46,802 bases of DNA. It comes from Chiloscyllium plagiosum (lineage: Eukaryota). The position numbers and the translations under genes are program-made. Positions 44,901 through 46,802 of this stretch are shown here, one piece after another. The notes beneath the pieces are model-generated. The model was not told where the DNA came from, made no database searches, and saw nothing but the letters and a program-made list of their open reading frames with translations. Each line of letters begins with the position of its first letter. Position 1 is the first letter of the stretch. The stretch is taken from assembly GCF_004010195.1 (NCBI RefSeq), contig NC_057719.1:13237277-13284078 (forward strand), in the 5' to 3' direction.

Positions 44901-46802
44901 GGGCTCACAATCCACACACTGTTCCAGAGCTCACAGTCCCCACACTGACCCAGGGCTCACCGCCCTCACAATATCCCAGAGCTCACAGCCCACATGATAT
45001 CACAGAGCTCACAGCCCACACACTGTCCCAGGGCACACTGCCCACACACTGTCCCAGGCACACAGCCCACACACTGCCGCAGAGCACACTGCCAACACAC
45101 TGTTCCAGAGCTCACAACCCACACACTGTCCCAGATCTCATAGCCCACACACTGTCCCAGAGCACACACACCACACACTGTCCCAGGGCTCAGAGTCCAC
45201 ACACTGTCCCAGAGGTCACAAACCACACTCTGTACCAGAGCTCACAGCCCACAAGCTGTTCCAGAGCTCACAGCCCACAAGCTGTTCCAGAGCTCACAGC
45301 CCACACAATGCCCCAGAGCTCACAGTCCACACACTGTCCCAGAGCTCACAGCCCACACACAGGCCCTGGGCTCACAGTCCCCACACTGTCCCAGAGCTCA
45401 AAGACCACACACTGTCCTAGAGCTCACAGAACACACACTATCCCAGAGCGCAAACTGTCCCAGAGCTCACAGTCCACACACTGTCCCTGGGCTTACACTC
45501 CATACACTGTCCCAGAGCTCATAACCTACATACTGTCCCAGGGCTCACAGTCCACACACTGTCCCAGAGCTCACAGTCCCCACACTGACCCAGGGTTCAC
45601 CGACCTCACAATATCCCAGAGGTCACAGCCCACATGATATCACAGAGCTCACAGCCCACACACTGTCCCAGGGCACACTGCCCACACACTGTCCCAGTGT
45701 TCACAGCCCACACACTGCCGCAGAGCACACTGCCAACACACTGTCCACAGGGCTCTCAGCCCACACACTGTCCCAGGACTCTCTGTCTACGCAATGTCCC
45801 AGGGCGCACAGCCCACACACTGTCCCAGGGCTCTCAGCCCACACACTGTTCCAGAACTCACAGCCCACACACTGGCCCAAAGCTCACAGCCCACACACTG
45901 TCTCAGAGCTCACAGACCACACACTGGCCCAGAGCTCACAGCCCACACACTGTCCCAGAACTTACAGCCCACACACTGTCCCAGAGCTCACAGCCCATAC
46001 ATTGTCCCAGACGTCACAGCCCACACAATATCCCAGAGCTCACAGCCCACACACTGTCCCAGGGCACATACCCCACACACTGTCCCAGGGCTCACAGCCC
46101 ACACAATATCCCAGAGCTCACAGCCCACACAATATCCCAGGGCTCACAGCCCACACAACATTCCAGAGTTCACAGCCCACACACTTTTCCAGAGCCCACA
46201 ACCCACACACTGTTCCAGAGCTCACAGCCCATACATTGTCCCAGAGGTCACAGTCCACACACTGTCCCATGGCTCACAGCCCACACAGTGTTCCAGGGCT
46301 CACAGCCCACACAATTTTTCAGAGCTCACAGCCCACACAGTATCCCAGAGCTCACAGCCCACACAATATTCCAGGGATTACAGCCCACACACTGTCCCAG
46401 AGCTCAAAGTCCACACACTGTCCCAGAGCTCACAGCCCACACACAGTCCCAGAGCTCACAGCCCACACATTGTCCCAGAGCTCACAGCCCACACAATATC
46501 CCAGGGCTCACAGTCCACACAATATTCCAGGGTTCACAGCCCACACACTGTCCCAGAGCTCACAGCCCACACACTTTTCCAGAGCCTACAACCCACACAC
46601 TGTCCCAGAGCTCACAGGCCACACACTGACCCAGGGCACACACACCACACACTATCCCAGGGCTCACTGTCCACACAATATCCCAGGGCTCGCAGCCCAC
46701 ACACTGTCCCAGGGCTATCAGCCCACACACTGTTCCAGAATTCACAGTCCACACACTGTCATAGAGCTCACAGCCCACACACCGTCCGAGGGCTCACAGC
46801 CC

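Larger units (their letters stand above)
37750..46802. repeat. 26-bp minisatellite array (ACTGTCCCAGAGCTCACAGCCCACAC)n, runs off the window end
   Basis: Several hundred imperfect tandem units; ORF track shows the 26-aa period SQSSQPTHCPRAHSPHTVPELTAHTL (3 x 26 bp). Confidence 0.98.

Noticed and set aside
37890..46778. Long Ser/Thr/Pro/His-rich ORFs (up to 410 aa) resembling mucins
   Set aside because: Artefact of a stop-free 26-bp unit; all three frames cycle the same 26-aa peptide, and indels and stops are scattered without frame preservation.
37750..46802. CRISPR-like array or V(D)J recombination signals
   Set aside because: Units are contiguous with no unique spacers; CACTGTC differs from the RSS heptamer and no nonamer is present.

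Overview
Repeat-rich, non-genic (intronic or intergenic) vertebrate DNA. The repeat complement (HE1 V-SINEs, HER1/CR1 LINEs, Penelope-like elements, Rex1/Babar, L2, Tx1) points to an elasmobranch, probably a carpet/bamboo shark; this taxon call is inference. I found no credible host protein-coding exon: the ORF track is explained by retroelement fragments, antisense readings, N-gaps and a 26-bp minisatellite filling about 37.75-46.8 kb. Most interesting signals: (1) over a dozen Penelope terminal sequences carrying minimal hammerhead-ribozyme motifs (CUGANGA-stem II-GAAA), many inserted as short, often fold-back units with 9-17 bp target-site duplications; (2) an ORF1-less CR1-group LINE that starts with a tRNA-like Pol III head, plus a bipartite SINE made of its two ends; (3) a 21-bp tandem array that looks like an amplified tRNA/SINE A-box; (4) a 9-kb GAGCT/GGGCT-containing minisatellite with higher-order structure and a young CR1 insertion; (5) several unique AT-rich islands that resemble conserved non-coding enhancers. 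Family names come from recalled motifs, not database searches, and boundaries are approximate (tens of bp) unless a TSD is quoted.
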